This document shows, piece by piece, positions 39,334 through 49,700 of a stretch of 64,000 bases of DNA; position 1 is the first letter of the stretch, and every line of letters starts with the position of its first letter. The notes under the pieces are model-generated. The model did not search any database and was not told where the DNA came from. It saw only the letters and a program-made list of their open reading frames with translations. The stretch spans positions 1 through 64,000 of the forward strand of contig JBIIPZ010000009.1 in assembly GCA_044342325.1 (NCBI GenBank), written 5' to 3'. This DNA comes from Terrimicrobiaceae bacterium. GTDB taxonomy: Bacteria > Verrucomicrobiota > Verrucomicrobiia > Chthoniobacterales > Terrimicrobiaceae. A program made the translations under genes and the position numbers.

Positions 39334-42300
39334 TAGTTTTTTAGTGGTTGTGAGTGGTCGCCCTCGGTGCGGACTTCGATCAAACCGATCGAGCACCAAG
39401 TGCTGTTGGTGGTGAGCATTTCAACTTTGAGTTCGAAGGATTTTTTTCCACGCACCCATGGGGTCACATCGACCATTTTGAGCGCGCCGAAATTGTTCGA
39501 ACCGGAGGATGCCGTGACATACTCGCCGCATGTTTGCCACTCCCCGCCGTCGGTGCGAACGAAGAGGGTGATGCGATTCTCGGGATTGAGAATCAGACGG
39601 CCTGTAAAACCCACCGAGGTTTGCCCCAATGGACGCGGAGCCTCGATGCGATAGACGACATGGCCGGGAGTCCAGGCCTTTTTCGGCCAGAGCTTCCTGC
39701 CCTTCAAATCGGCGACATGTATGTTCTCCACCTCCACGGCTCGCTGCACCCACGAATCATCGGATGTGCCGTAATCCTCCTTGAAAATCGTCTCGACGGG
39801 CTGGCTGATTTTCAGGATGCGGGGTGGACGGTTGTGGCTAGTGTAGGGGGCGTAGGAAACCTCCACCCATTGGCCGGGAGCGAACGCCTGCTTGATCGTC
39901 TCGAGGCTGCTGGACTTGAGAGCCGAGAGGCCAACGACTTCGGTATCAGTCATACCCCGGTTGTAGCCGAGTTCATAGCGGTTGCCGTTGTCGAGTTCGA
40001 TGATGCCGTTGCTCCGCTCGGGATAGACTGAGGGAGGCGTGAAGGATTTGATCGTCCCTGCATCCTTTCCAAATTCGGCATCGATTCGCTCGACCTCCCC
40101 GGCGTCGTTGAGTGTCAGGCTCAGGCGGTCGCCATCATACCTACCACGGTAGCGGTTGTTGTTCACAGGCTCGCCGACCTTGCGTCGGGTGATGAGGGCG
40201 TCCTTGACGAGCGGGATGCGCCGCGCCATTTCCCCGTCGGTGAGTTCAACATCCTGAATCGCAAATCCTCCGCCGGTTCCCTGGGCGACGAATGTTTTCG
40301 GCAACGGCGGGAGTTGCGGTTGGCCGATGGTGAGATCGAAGGACGCCCGGCCTGCGGTTGCGGCAACGGCCTCAGGATCGTCCTTGGCGGCGGGACGCAG
40401 ATGGAACAATGGTCCGGAGATACGGAAAAGCTTCCAAGTGGAATTCTCGGGAAGCCCGCTAAAAGCCACCGAGCTTGGCGTGTCGGTCTCGGCACGCAGT
40501 TCGAGATCGATCCCCTCGGGAGAGATTTTCAAAAGATCAACAACCACCACTGACTCGGGACCCTTCACGGAAACCTCCACTGGTTTGTTGGCGAGTTTGC
40601 CGGTGCCTTTCATCGCGAAGCGCGCGGGAAGGACCTGGGCGTATTCGCGGAATAAAAACTCCAGCGCCTGAGTGTAGAATCCCGAGGTCTTCATCTCGGA
40701 GGCTTTGGCGAGCACCTCCCCCGAACCACCTGCTTGCTCGAACATCTGCACCATGCGATCCAAACGCGCGCGCTGCTGCACCCACAGACTGCGACGGCGG
40801 CTGTCGCCGAGGTTTGGAACCCATCCGTCCGTTTGGCCCGCTTTGATGCTCCATGGGATGTAGGCCGAAATCTGGCTGATCGTCACCTCGGCGGGCATTC
40901 CTTCCGAGGCGATTTTGACTGCCACGAACACCGACTTGTTTCCTTTGGCAATGGTGGAAAGATCGACTGTAGCGAAGCTTTTGTTCCCCCATCCGCCACC
41001 GGCTATAAAATCGGCTGCAAGGAGGGTTTTGACTTCCGTCAATTGAGTCGCAGAGGAGCCTGCGAGCACTTTGATGTAAGACCCCTTGAGAGGCACGCGA
41101 CTGGTTGCCCCCGAAACTTTCAACTCAAGGCCGTTGGCAAATGCCGTCTCGGGATCGCTGATTTCACAGATTATTTCCCCCTCCTCCTTGCTTTTGAGAG
41201 CGTGAATATTTCCCCCTTTGATCGCATCGGACAGGCCATGGAGCTTGATCACGCCTGGAGATTTCAAAGGGGATTTGTCGCGTGCAAAATTCACATCAAG
41301 CACGCGGCGGGGATAATCGATGGGAGGGTTCGGCTTGTCGGCGATGCCATCCTCTTTTTTGAGCAAGTCCTCATCGCCGGGCTTCGCGTTGAAGAGACAT
41401 ACGAATTGAAGTCCGTTCCCGTAGGCGAACGGCATGTAGCGGAGGTCCTGAATCATTACCCTCTCGATGTTCACACAGGCGATGCGTCCGTTGGCCACGA
41501 CATAGTCATACCAGGCCTGTGGATAAGCCTCGGTGAGTTCCCCACTGTTCCACATGCCCTCGTTAAGATTCGCCTGCCAGAAGGCGAATTTGGGATCGTT
41601 CAGCGGTCCACCGATTCCCCAGAATCCGTGGGTGTAGATGTTGTCGAACACAGGATCTGTTGGAAATTCGACCTTGCCGTTGTCGATCTTGATCGTGCCG
41701 CGGCCGAGCCCGGCGCGGTAGGCTGGCACCTGCTGAGCGAAATACGCGCCGTAGTTTTTGAGCGCCCACTCGGCCTCCTCGCGCGAAATGCCATCCTCGG
41801 GATCAAGTGTGATGCCATCCCTCTTGGCGAGTTCGCGAGTTTGTTGGTTGGCCTCCAGCCCATAGCCCGGGCCCATCTCGGCATAGATCACGCCAGTGGG
41901 CAGCTTCGCCCCGCCGAGTTCCATTGTGGCGCGGCGGTCCACCAGATAGCGGGTGAGGCGTTCGATGCGGAGGTTGTTGATTTTATTTAGATGCGGGTCG
42001 TTTCTTGTGGGCCAGAGCGAGCTTCCCCATTGGTTCGGGAAGGAGGGATTGTAGGTCTTGGTTTCGGCGTTGTAGCTGACGCCTTCGTATTGAAGATCGG
42101 AAAAATACCCGCCGCGTCCATCCATGCCTGTGGCAGCGCCACCCCACCAGGAGCTGAACATCAAATGATAGGGCAACCCCGTCGCCGCCGAGATTTCCAG
42201 CGTGTCGTCGATCGACTTCTGACCCTCTGGGCGGGAACGCAGGGTGTAGGCGACGCTGCCCATCAAGCCCAGCTCATAGGATTGCAAACCGCCGTATTTT

Positions 42301-42971
42301 TGCTCCAGAGCCTCGACGACCTTCATTTTCTGGTCGGGGTTCTTTTTGAGATCGACCGGCACACCGGCGAGTTCCGCCGAAAGGCCGAGGATGAAACCCA
42401 TCTTGCCGGGCTGGATGGTTTGCGAGGCGGTTAAAGAAGCGAAGTCCGAGTAGGCCCACACATCCGCGAGGCAAAACGGAACGCTGGATTCGCTCTGGAT
42501 GCGAATGCGCATTCTCCCGTCCGCCGGAACTATCGCACGATCCACCTCGACAAAAAAATGATTCGGCCCGGAGCCGGCCTCCTCATAGTTGCGGAAATAG
42601 ACCTCCTTGCCCGAAACAAAGATTCGGTAGCCGAACACGCCCGTTTGGCGGTTGTGGATTTCACGGAATTCCAATGTCAATGGTGTCTTGGATGCGCGCA
42701 ATTCGGCGGGCGGAACCTTCAAGTCGAACTCAAGGGTGGCATCACGCCCCTTGAGTTCGCGGGCGGTGTAGCGGCGCTCGAGGACGCCCAGCTTCGAATC
42801 GATCTGTATGACCCGCGATTCGCCGGATGCGACTTTCAAGCCGTGCGAGCTCTCGCTAGCGGGATTTCCAAAGACCAACTGATCGGAAATCCGCGATGCG
42901 CTCGGAGCAGCATAAGCAATTGTTGACAATATCAGAGCGAGAAATATCCCGAGGCGGATGCGTGGTTCCAT
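39333..42971 (-). CDS. Large secreted multidomain protein of unassigned family, paralog B2
   Basis: Signal peptide; YFRNYEEAGSGPNHFFV, GMDGRGGYFSD, PSFPNQWG, IYAEMGP, WNSGE, NIER, GRLILNP. Confidence 0.85.
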   Translation of the reverse strand: MEPRIRLGIFLALILSTIAYAAPSASRISDQLVFGNPASESSHGLKVASGESRVIQIDSKLGVLERRYTARELKGRDATLEFDLKVPPAELRASKTPLTLEFREIHNRQTGVFGYRIFVSGKEVYFRNYEEAGSGPNHFFVEVDRAIVPADGRMRIRIQSESSVPFCLADVWAYSDFASLTASQTIQPGKMGFILGLSAELAGVPVDLKKNPDQKMKVVEALEQKYGGLQSYELGLMGSVAYTLRSRPEGQKSIDDTLEISAATGLPYHLMFSSWWGGAATGMDGRGGYFSDLQYEGVSYNAETKTYNPSFPNQWGSSLWPTRNDPHLNKINNLRIERLTRYLVDRRATMELGGAKLPTGVIYAEMGPGYGLEANQQTRELAKRDGITLDPEDGISREEAEWALKNYGAYFAQQVPAYRAGLGRGTIKIDNGKVEFPTDPVFDNIYTHGFWGIGGPLNDPKFAFWQANLNEGMWNSGELTEAYPQAWYDYVVANGRIACVNIERVMIQDLRYMPFAYGNGLQFVCLFNAKPGDEDLLKKEDGIADKPNPPIDYPRRVLDVNFARDKSPLKSPGVIKLHGLSDAIKGGNIHALKSKEEGEIICEISDPETAFANGLELKVSGATSRVPLKGSYIKVLAGSSATQLTEVKTLLAADFIAGGGWGNKSFATVDLSTIAKGNKSVFVAVKIASEGMPAEVTISQISAYIPWSIKAGQTDGWVPNLGDSRRRSLWVQQRARLDRMVQMFEQAGGSGEVLAKASEMKTSGFYTQALEFLFREYAQVLPARFAMKGTGKLANKPVEVSVKGPESVVVVDLLKISPEGIDLELRAETDTPSSVAFSGLPENSTWKLFRISGPLFHLRPAAKDDPEAVAATAGRASFDLTIGQPQLPPLPKTFVAQGTGGGFAIQDVELTDGEMARRIPLVKDALITRRKVGEPVNNNRYRGRYDGDRLSLTLNDAGEVERIDAEFGKDAGTIKSFTPPSVYPERSNGIIELDNGNRYELGYNRGMTDTEVVGLSALKSSSLETIKQAFAPGQWVEVSYAPYTSHNRPPRILKISQPVETIFKEDYGTSDDSWVQRAVEVENIHVADLKGRKLWPKKAWTPGHVVYRIEAPRPLGQTSVGFTGRLILNPENRITLFVRTDGGEWQTCGEYVTASSGSNNFGALKMVDVTPWVRGKKSFELKVEMLTTNSTWCSIGLIEVRTEGDHSQPLKN

Positions 42972-42979
42972 GCGGTCGT

Positions 42980-45088
42980 TTATTGGTTGGAGATCCAGTC
43001 CGCATCAATGAGGCGGGGGGCTTTGATGCCGGGAATTTTTGGTGAGCATTCGTCCACACCGGCGACGCGGTCGATGACGCGGCCGGCGACTGCGTCGAAG
43101 AATCCCCATATGGCCACGCCGCGCGGGTAGAAGTGGAGGTTGTTGCCGCCAAAGGTTTCAAAGAAAAGCGCCGGCGCCTGGGCATTGGTTGTCAGCTGCC
43201 AGTTCCAGTAGCGTTCGGAGAGATGTCGGAAATCGAGCCCTCGATAAAGGGCAGCTATGTCACGAAGCATGTTCATGGAAATCCAGCCTGGCTTTGCAGA
43301 GACACCAGCCATTCCATCCTGAAGACCACCGAGAGCATATTCATCCGCAGCGTAGTCACTGTGCGAGCACCCGTATTCGCAAAGACACGCCTCGGTCGCG
43401 TTGGCCAAGTCTGAGACCAGTCTGACTTCATCAAGACCGGTCGAGAAGCCGACCATGTCAAGCGGCGCGAGGCCGTTTGCAGTGTAGATGTGGTAGCCAT
43501 CCCAGCCGGGAACGATTTCCATGCCGAGATCCTTGCCTGTCCAAGGGTTTTTGAGCCCTCTGCCATCGGTGTTGAGCAGACAGATATAGTGGTCGTCTTT
43601 CCAGCCCTCGGATTCCACACGACCGCGAATGAAGTCGGCTTTATTTCGGAAATGATTTGCCGTGGCGGCATCGCCAAGCTGCTCAAGGATCGCAGCACCG
43701 CATTGGAAGGCGGCAAGTGTCTTCACTGCGAGATAGACCTGCTCGCGGCCGTATTGCAATGCCGGAGCACCGTCATCGATGGTGTTCGCCACCCCGACAT
43801 CGGGCACACCTTTGCCCTTGGTGTCGCAGCGCTCCAGGAAGCGCAAGTATTTTACCACCGTGTCCGACCACTTTCGGGCGATCGAGAAGTCCCCTGTTCG
43901 CCTCCAGTGCGCGTAGAGCATGATGAGGTAGTTGGTGGTCTCCTCGACTTCCATCTCATGGGGATAGTCCTGACCATTGGCTTGAGCCATGGCGCCGCAA
44001 TCGTGGGAAAGAAATTCGGTGCCCTCCCCGCGGTCGCCCAAGGTCAGAGTCCCAGACTTGGAAAACTCGGGCCAATAATCGAGTTCAATCGCGAGCAGTT
44101 CAGGCCAGACCGCGAGATAAAACGGCGACTGGGTGAATTCGACATCCACCGTGGAATGAAATCCGCAGCTGCCTTCCCAGACGCTGAACCAGTCATTGCC
44201 ATCGCGATCCACCCACCAAGTGTTCATTAGCCAGGAATGCAGCGTCTGCGCCATGAGATTGTTGATGGATGGCGAGAGATTGTTGGCGGTAACAATAGCA
44301 TCAACCTTTTCGGCGTTGGCGAAGATTTCGCCACCGTTTGCCCGCGCCCAATCGGCGACGGCGTCGAGAGAGACGAAGCGCGACGCATAGAAAAAGGGGT
44401 GCTTTTCCCCAAAAACCTCAAGGACTGGCGAGTTGTGGCTGCACCAGAAAATATCTAGGGAACGCTGACCAAATTCCTTCACCGGCACCTCGATCGAAAA
44501 GCGGTTTCCCTCTCGTTGTGCGCCGGGAGCCACGATGCGGTCCAACTGTTTCAGACGACTGGCGGGATCGGACGCTTTTTCGTGGGAATTGCGGAGTGTG
44601 AGGCTACTGAAAGAAACATCCAACGCTTCTTTGGCGGAGGCCTCGAATTTCATGTCTTGGCTCGAAACCTCGAAAAACAACTCCACGGATTCAGGAGCCA
44701 TCTTCACCGGGTGCCAACGGAAGTTTCCGGAGATTTTGGAAACGGAAACACGCGCGGCGACAATGGGAATCGTTGAGAACGCGGGATCCTTGGGACGGAA
44801 GGGCGTGGCGAATTCGAGCGTCACCTTGATGCCCGAGTCCTCGTGGATGCCGATCAACCGGCTTGTGCAGGGAGTGATTCGTTGATCGAAGAAGCCAAAC
44901 CGCTGTCCCTCCCGGCAAAGGGGAAAAACAAATTCTTGGCCATCGATCCGCAAGCCCACACGGATTTCGAGGGCGGCGGCTTCGTGAAACATGTCGAAGC
45001 GGATGATGCGGGCATTACCACCGATGGGATCGAGGATCAGGCCATGGCGGGAACCGAGAACGGAAATGGCGTCTGCGATAGGATTCAT
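42980..45088 (-). CDS. GtaA/DUF4965-like six-hairpin protein, probable glycosidase; no signal peptide
   Basis: F.TPF.P.D, STVDVEF, SHDCG, YPHEMEVEETTNYLIM, NTIDD, YLAVKT motifs parallel the glutaminase A/DUF4965 family. Confidence 0.7.
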   Translation of the reverse strand: MNPIADAISVLGSRHGLILDPIGGNARIIRFDMFHEAAALEIRVGLRIDGQEFVFPLCREGQRFGFFDQRITPCTSRLIGIHEDSGIKVTLEFATPFRPKDPAFSTIPIVAARVSVSKISGNFRWHPVKMAPESVELFFEVSSQDMKFEASAKEALDVSFSSLTLRNSHEKASDPASRLKQLDRIVAPGAQREGNRFSIEVPVKEFGQRSLDIFWCSHNSPVLEVFGEKHPFFYASRFVSLDAVADWARANGGEIFANAEKVDAIVTANNLSPSINNLMAQTLHSWLMNTWWVDRDGNDWFSVWEGSCGFHSTVDVEFTQSPFYLAVWPELLAIELDYWPEFSKSGTLTLGDRGEGTEFLSHDCGAMAQANGQDYPHEMEVEETTNYLIMLYAHWRRTGDFSIARKWSDTVVKYLRFLERCDTKGKGVPDVGVANTIDDGAPALQYGREQVYLAVKTLAAFQCGAAILEQLGDAATANHFRNKADFIRGRVESEGWKDDHYICLLNTDGRGLKNPWTGKDLGMEIVPGWDGYHIYTANGLAPLDMVGFSTGLDEVRLVSDLANATEACLCEYGCSHSDYAADEYALGGLQDGMAGVSAKPGWISMNMLRDIAALYRGLDFRHLSERYWNWQLTTNAQAPALFFETFGGNNLHFYPRGVAIWGFFDAVAGRVIDRVAGVDECSPKIPGIKAPRLIDADWISNQ

Positions 45089-46707
45089 TTGTTTTTGACT
45101 GGCAGGATGGTGACGTTGAGTTTTTTGGCTGTCTCAGGGGAAAGATCGGCAAGGATCGCTTGCAAAGGCACTTCGTCTTTGTGGTTGGCCTCTTCGTATT
45201 TTTTCATGATGTCCTTCATCACAGCGGCGACTTCGGGTTCGGTGTTCACAAGGTTTTGAGTCTGCTGCGGATCGGTGCCGAGGTTGTAGAGTTGCTCTTG
45301 GGGCGCGTCGGGCTTGATTTTGCCAGTCTTATCGTAGTCCGAGTGTGTCTGGCCGAGCTTCACGATAGGTCCTTGACTGAAAAGTCCCCCGGGGCCTTGC
45401 TGTGGATGGTAGGACCAATCGCCCACACGGAGCGCGCTGGCTTTTCCTTTGTAAAACATGCCGTCGAGTCCGGGTGCCTTGTCGGAATCGAGAAGAAGAG
45501 GAAGCATATTGACGCTGTCCACCGCCGCGCCCGGCGGCACAGGCACATCCGCCGCGGCCAGGAAGGTGTCATAGAGATCAGTCAGTGAAAAAAGTTTGTT
45601 GGTCGTCTTGCCGGCGGCGATTTTACCAGGCCACCAAGCGATCGTAGGAACGCGGTGCCCTCCCTCCCAGGTGTCGGTCTTGGTTCCGAGATAGTCTCCA
45701 TTTGTCTTGTAGCCAACCGAGGCTGTGTCGCCAAAGACCGCACCGCCGTTGTCGCTTGTGAAAACCACCAGCGTATTTTCCGCCAACCCTTTTTCCTGAA
45801 GGCAGGCCATCACCTTGCCGACCGCGAAATCGAGTTGGTTGCAGTATTCCGCATTTCGGACCGCATTGTTGTTTTGCTTTTTGATTCGCTGGCCCAGCGG
45901 GCTTTTCCCGCTGAATTCAGGAGCAACGGCCAGCGGCACATGAGGAGCGAACCATGGCAGGTAGATAAAAAATGGCTTTTCGGGTGTCTGGCGGCCGATG
46001 AATTCGCAGGCCTTGTCAGCCATGATCAGGTCGAGTCGATACATATCGCAGGCCTCGTGGGCGGCCTTGGCACCGACACTCATTCCCCAGCCCGCAGGCG
46101 CATTCGCAGGGGGCTTTATGCCGCGCGCCTTAGCATCCTCCGAACTGATCATCTCGATCGGGTCTTTAGGATCGCCTTTGTGGATGCGGTTGTTCTCAAC
46201 AAAAACATAGGGCGGCTGGGCGTGGCTGTTCGGCATACCGAAGAACCAGTCGAATCCGCATTCGTTCGGACCTGGCTTTAGGTCGCCATTCCAATCCGTC
46301 GGCTCGCCTCGATTGGTGAGGCCGAAGCCCAGGTGCCATTTGCCAAAAGCAGCAGTGTTGTAGCCTGCTTTTTGGAGAAGCTGCGGGAAGAGAATCTCAT
46401 CTTTTCGGAAATAAATTCCCGATTGAACCCGCCCGTAGGCCGAGCGGCCGTAGTAACGACCCGAAAGGATCGCGTATCGAGTGGGTTGGCAGACGGCCGC
46501 CGGCGAGTGGGCGTCGGTGAATTTCAGCCCACCGGCAGCGAGCTTGTCGATGTTGGGTGTCGAGACATCAGTTTGCCCATAGGCGCCCAGATCCCCGATG
46601 CCCATATCATCGGCCAGAAACAGAATAATATTAGGGCGCCTGGATTCTGCAAAGGTTTGCACTACGACCAAAAAAACAAAAAGGACTGGCAGGAGGATTT
46701 TTTTCAT
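45085..46707 (-). CDS. S1 sulfatase, secreted, local subtype S-II
   Basis: Start ATG 46707 (ATGA overlap); HSPAAVCQPTRY, QSGIYF, GKWHLG, WFFGMPNSH, TSDNGG; close paralog of 24100..25725. Confidence 0.95.
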   Translation of the reverse strand: MKKILLPVLFVFLVVVQTFAESRRPNIILFLADDMGIGDLGAYGQTDVSTPNIDKLAAGGLKFTDAHSPAAVCQPTRYAILSGRYYGRSAYGRVQSGIYFRKDEILFPQLLQKAGYNTAAFGKWHLGFGLTNRGEPTDWNGDLKPGPNECGFDWFFGMPNSHAQPPYVFVENNRIHKGDPKDPIEMISSEDAKARGIKPPANAPAGWGMSVGAKAAHEACDMYRLDLIMADKACEFIGRQTPEKPFFIYLPWFAPHVPLAVAPEFSGKSPLGQRIKKQNNNAVRNAEYCNQLDFAVGKVMACLQEKGLAENTLVVFTSDNGGAVFGDTASVGYKTNGDYLGTKTDTWEGGHRVPTIAWWPGKIAAGKTTNKLFSLTDLYDTFLAAADVPVPPGAAVDSVNMLPLLLDSDKAPGLDGMFYKGKASALRVGDWSYHPQQGPGGLFSQGPIVKLGQTHSDYDKTGKIKPDAPQEQLYNLGTDPQQTQNLVNTEPEVAAVMKDIMKKYEEANHKDEVPLQAILADLSPETAKKLNVTILPVKNK

Positions 46708-49700
46708 GGAAGGGATTTTGAGGATTTTTCCGTGGCAACCCGGAGTTTTGCAACGCAGAAGCGATGGTCGGCAGAGTTCATTGTCATTTCTATTTTCAGG
46801 TAGAATTTTTTCAAGCCCTGAACGGAGGGAGTCATGTCGATGAATTGATACGGCAGTTCGTCGAGATTTTGTGAAATATTGTTCTGCCAAGTATTATCGA
46901 ATTGGCCGCAGCGCATCCACTCAACGCCATCGGGGCTGGTATAAACCGTCACGCGACTGGAATCTTCAAACGCCCTTGCGGCAATCTCCACGACAGTGGT
47001 GCCGAGGGGTTTTTCGTTTTGGATCAAATAGGTCACGCTCCCTGGCAGGAAGGGCTTGAGTGGGCGGAGGAGCGCCATCTCAACGCGATACAGGTAGTTC
47101 GGCTCAGGTTTGTGGACGACCACATCGGCATCCCGGATTCCAACCGTGGCGTTTTTCCAAGAACTGTCGGTAGCTTTTGTATAATCGACATCAAGCAGGA
47201 TTTCGCGGGCCTGCCTAACCTCCAGCAAACGCGGAATGGAGTGCTCCGATTGGCACGGGGTGAATCGCAACTCGACTTCATGTCCGGGCTTGATGGCGTC
47301 CTTCAGGGCGCTGATCTCGTAGGCCGTGAGGGTTCCCTGGATGGCAACCGTGTCGAACTTCGTCACGGCCTTGTCGAACAGGAGTTCATATCGGTTCCCG
47401 CTTTCCATTTCGATGATGCCATTCGAGGGCTCCCCGACGATCTCAGGTGACTCAAATTTTTTGATTCGTCCCTTTTCGTAACCATATCTGGCCTTCACCG
47501 CCGTGACCTCGCCGGCCTCGTTGGTGTTAACAATGACCTCGTCATGGCGTTGAGGCATCTCGCCCTTGGCAGCCGCCTCTGTGCCCTCCATGCAGGCGGC
47601 CGAACGGGTGAAAACGGCATCCTTGGCGACCGGGAGGCTCATGCTCGACGCATAGTCCATGATCTCCAGATCCTGCGTGTCCACCTTGATGCGGTGTTTG
47701 TCTCCGGAAAGGAATCGGGCGACAAATCGGGAACGCAGCTTGGGAGAGTGATCGGAAGGATTGCGGTGCGTGAGATCGAACGAAACTCGGCCGTTCTGAG
47801 GTCTGCGCCCGTTCGCGGTTTCGGTCAATTCGTAGCGTCCCTGACCCAGTGGGCGCAGCTTCCATTCGCCAGATGCTCCGAGGTTTTCCATGGCGATGGA
47901 TAGCGGCTGGCTATCGCGACCCGACTTGATGCTGAAAACGCAGCCCTCGGATCCGATTTTTTCGATGGTGAAAAATCCCCAATCCTCGGGACGTTCGAGC
48001 TTCAACTCGATGGGATAGCGCCCCAGACGACCATGCCCCCGCACCAAGTAGGTAGCAGGGAGCAGCTGGGAAATTTCCGATGCGAGGAGACGCCTCGCGC
48101 TGCCATACCAACCGCGCTCAAAGAAATCCTTTGCCTGACGATAAACCTCATCCTCGCCGCCAGTGGCAAAATATTTTTTCAAAAGGCTCGAGGCGATGGC
48201 GCGTTCCTGGGTCCAGAGCTGGAGCGTGCGTTGCTCACTCTTGCTCAGCGAGGGTTGGGCGAAGTAGCCGCTCTGCCTGGGCCAACTGGATTGCACATTG
48301 AGACTGAGCAAAAACGCCGCATCCGGGGCGTGCGTGGCGTTGAAGACGATCTTTAAATAAACGGTTTTTTGACCAATGGTCGAAGGACCGAGATCGAGGA
48401 GCTTGTGGGAAGTCATCCACGGCGTCCAGTGATTCGGGTCTGGCAGGTTTTTCTCCGTGAGCGTGGCGACTTTTTCCAAGCGCTCGAGGGAGGGGCCAAC
48501 GAAGACCTCGATGTTGTTCGCCTCGCCTGGCGAGATGCGCCCATCAAGGTCCAAGGCGAGCGGTGCGGTGAAAGCGTTGCCTGAATTTGTCAGCTTGTAG
48601 ATCAACTCTCCAGGCGCGGACACATCCTCGACCGCCAGGCGCAGCTTGCTGTGAACCTTCATGTTTTTTTGAGCAACAAGTTTGTCCTTCGGTCCGGCAT
48701 GGAAATCCCGCTGCACGATCACATCGAGCAGGGCGGGCTGGCGATGCACAGGAGGATCGATGGGATCGTTGGCGATTCCATCCACCTCGCGGACAAATTT
48801 CTCATCACCAGGATCAGCATTGAAGAAGCAGAGGAACTGAAAGCCTCGCTCGTAATGGCGCTTCATCACACTGAAGTTCTTTTTCAGGATCGTGCGCTCC
48901 ATATTGATCATCGAGAGCTTCCCTCGGGCGCGCAGGTAGTCATACATGGCGATATCGCGGAAGTTCACTCCCTCACCCATTTCCCCGCTGCTCCAGAGTC
49001 CATCGACCATGCCATGCTGACCACCACCCCAGCGCGGATCGTTCATGGGCTTGTCGGTAAGAAAATCCGGGTGAGCGTAAAGATTGTCGAAAAACTGCTC
49101 CTCGGGCAGCAGGAGCTTGCCTTGATCCACAATCGCGATATCCCGACCGATGTTTCGCTGCGAGCTATCGGCGAATTCCTGCCAGGTGCGAACGGCATCC
49201 CGGTGCATCCAGAGGCTTTCCTCGAAGCTCATGCCATCGGTGGGATCAAGGGTGACACCATCCCTCGCGGCCGCCTCGATGACGGCTTGGGAAATCTCAC
49301 CGCTCGCTGGGGCAAATTCGCGCACGATCATTGGCTGCGCGGGCTGTCCTTTTAGACGAAGCCAGGCAAGTTGCTCCTGAATGCCCTGCATGAGCTGCTG
49401 GAAGCGTTTTTCCAAAAAAGCATTCATCACCGGATTGCGAAGGGCGGCACCGGGAGTGTTGCTCCACATGTTTGGCCATGAGGCGCGGTAGGTGCCAAGC
49501 GCGGGATCATAGATCGTGTGCGTGTATTGGATGTCGCTGAAATAGCCCCCACGCCCGTCGGTTCCCGTGGGCTTGCCTCCCCATCCCGTGCCATTGACGA
49601 TCCAGAGGCCCGGCATGCCGGTCTCCGAGGAAAGGTCAATTTGGGAGAGGAGCTCTTTTCTGCCTTCCTCCGGATCGATGTGCCCGTAGCCGCCAGCGAA

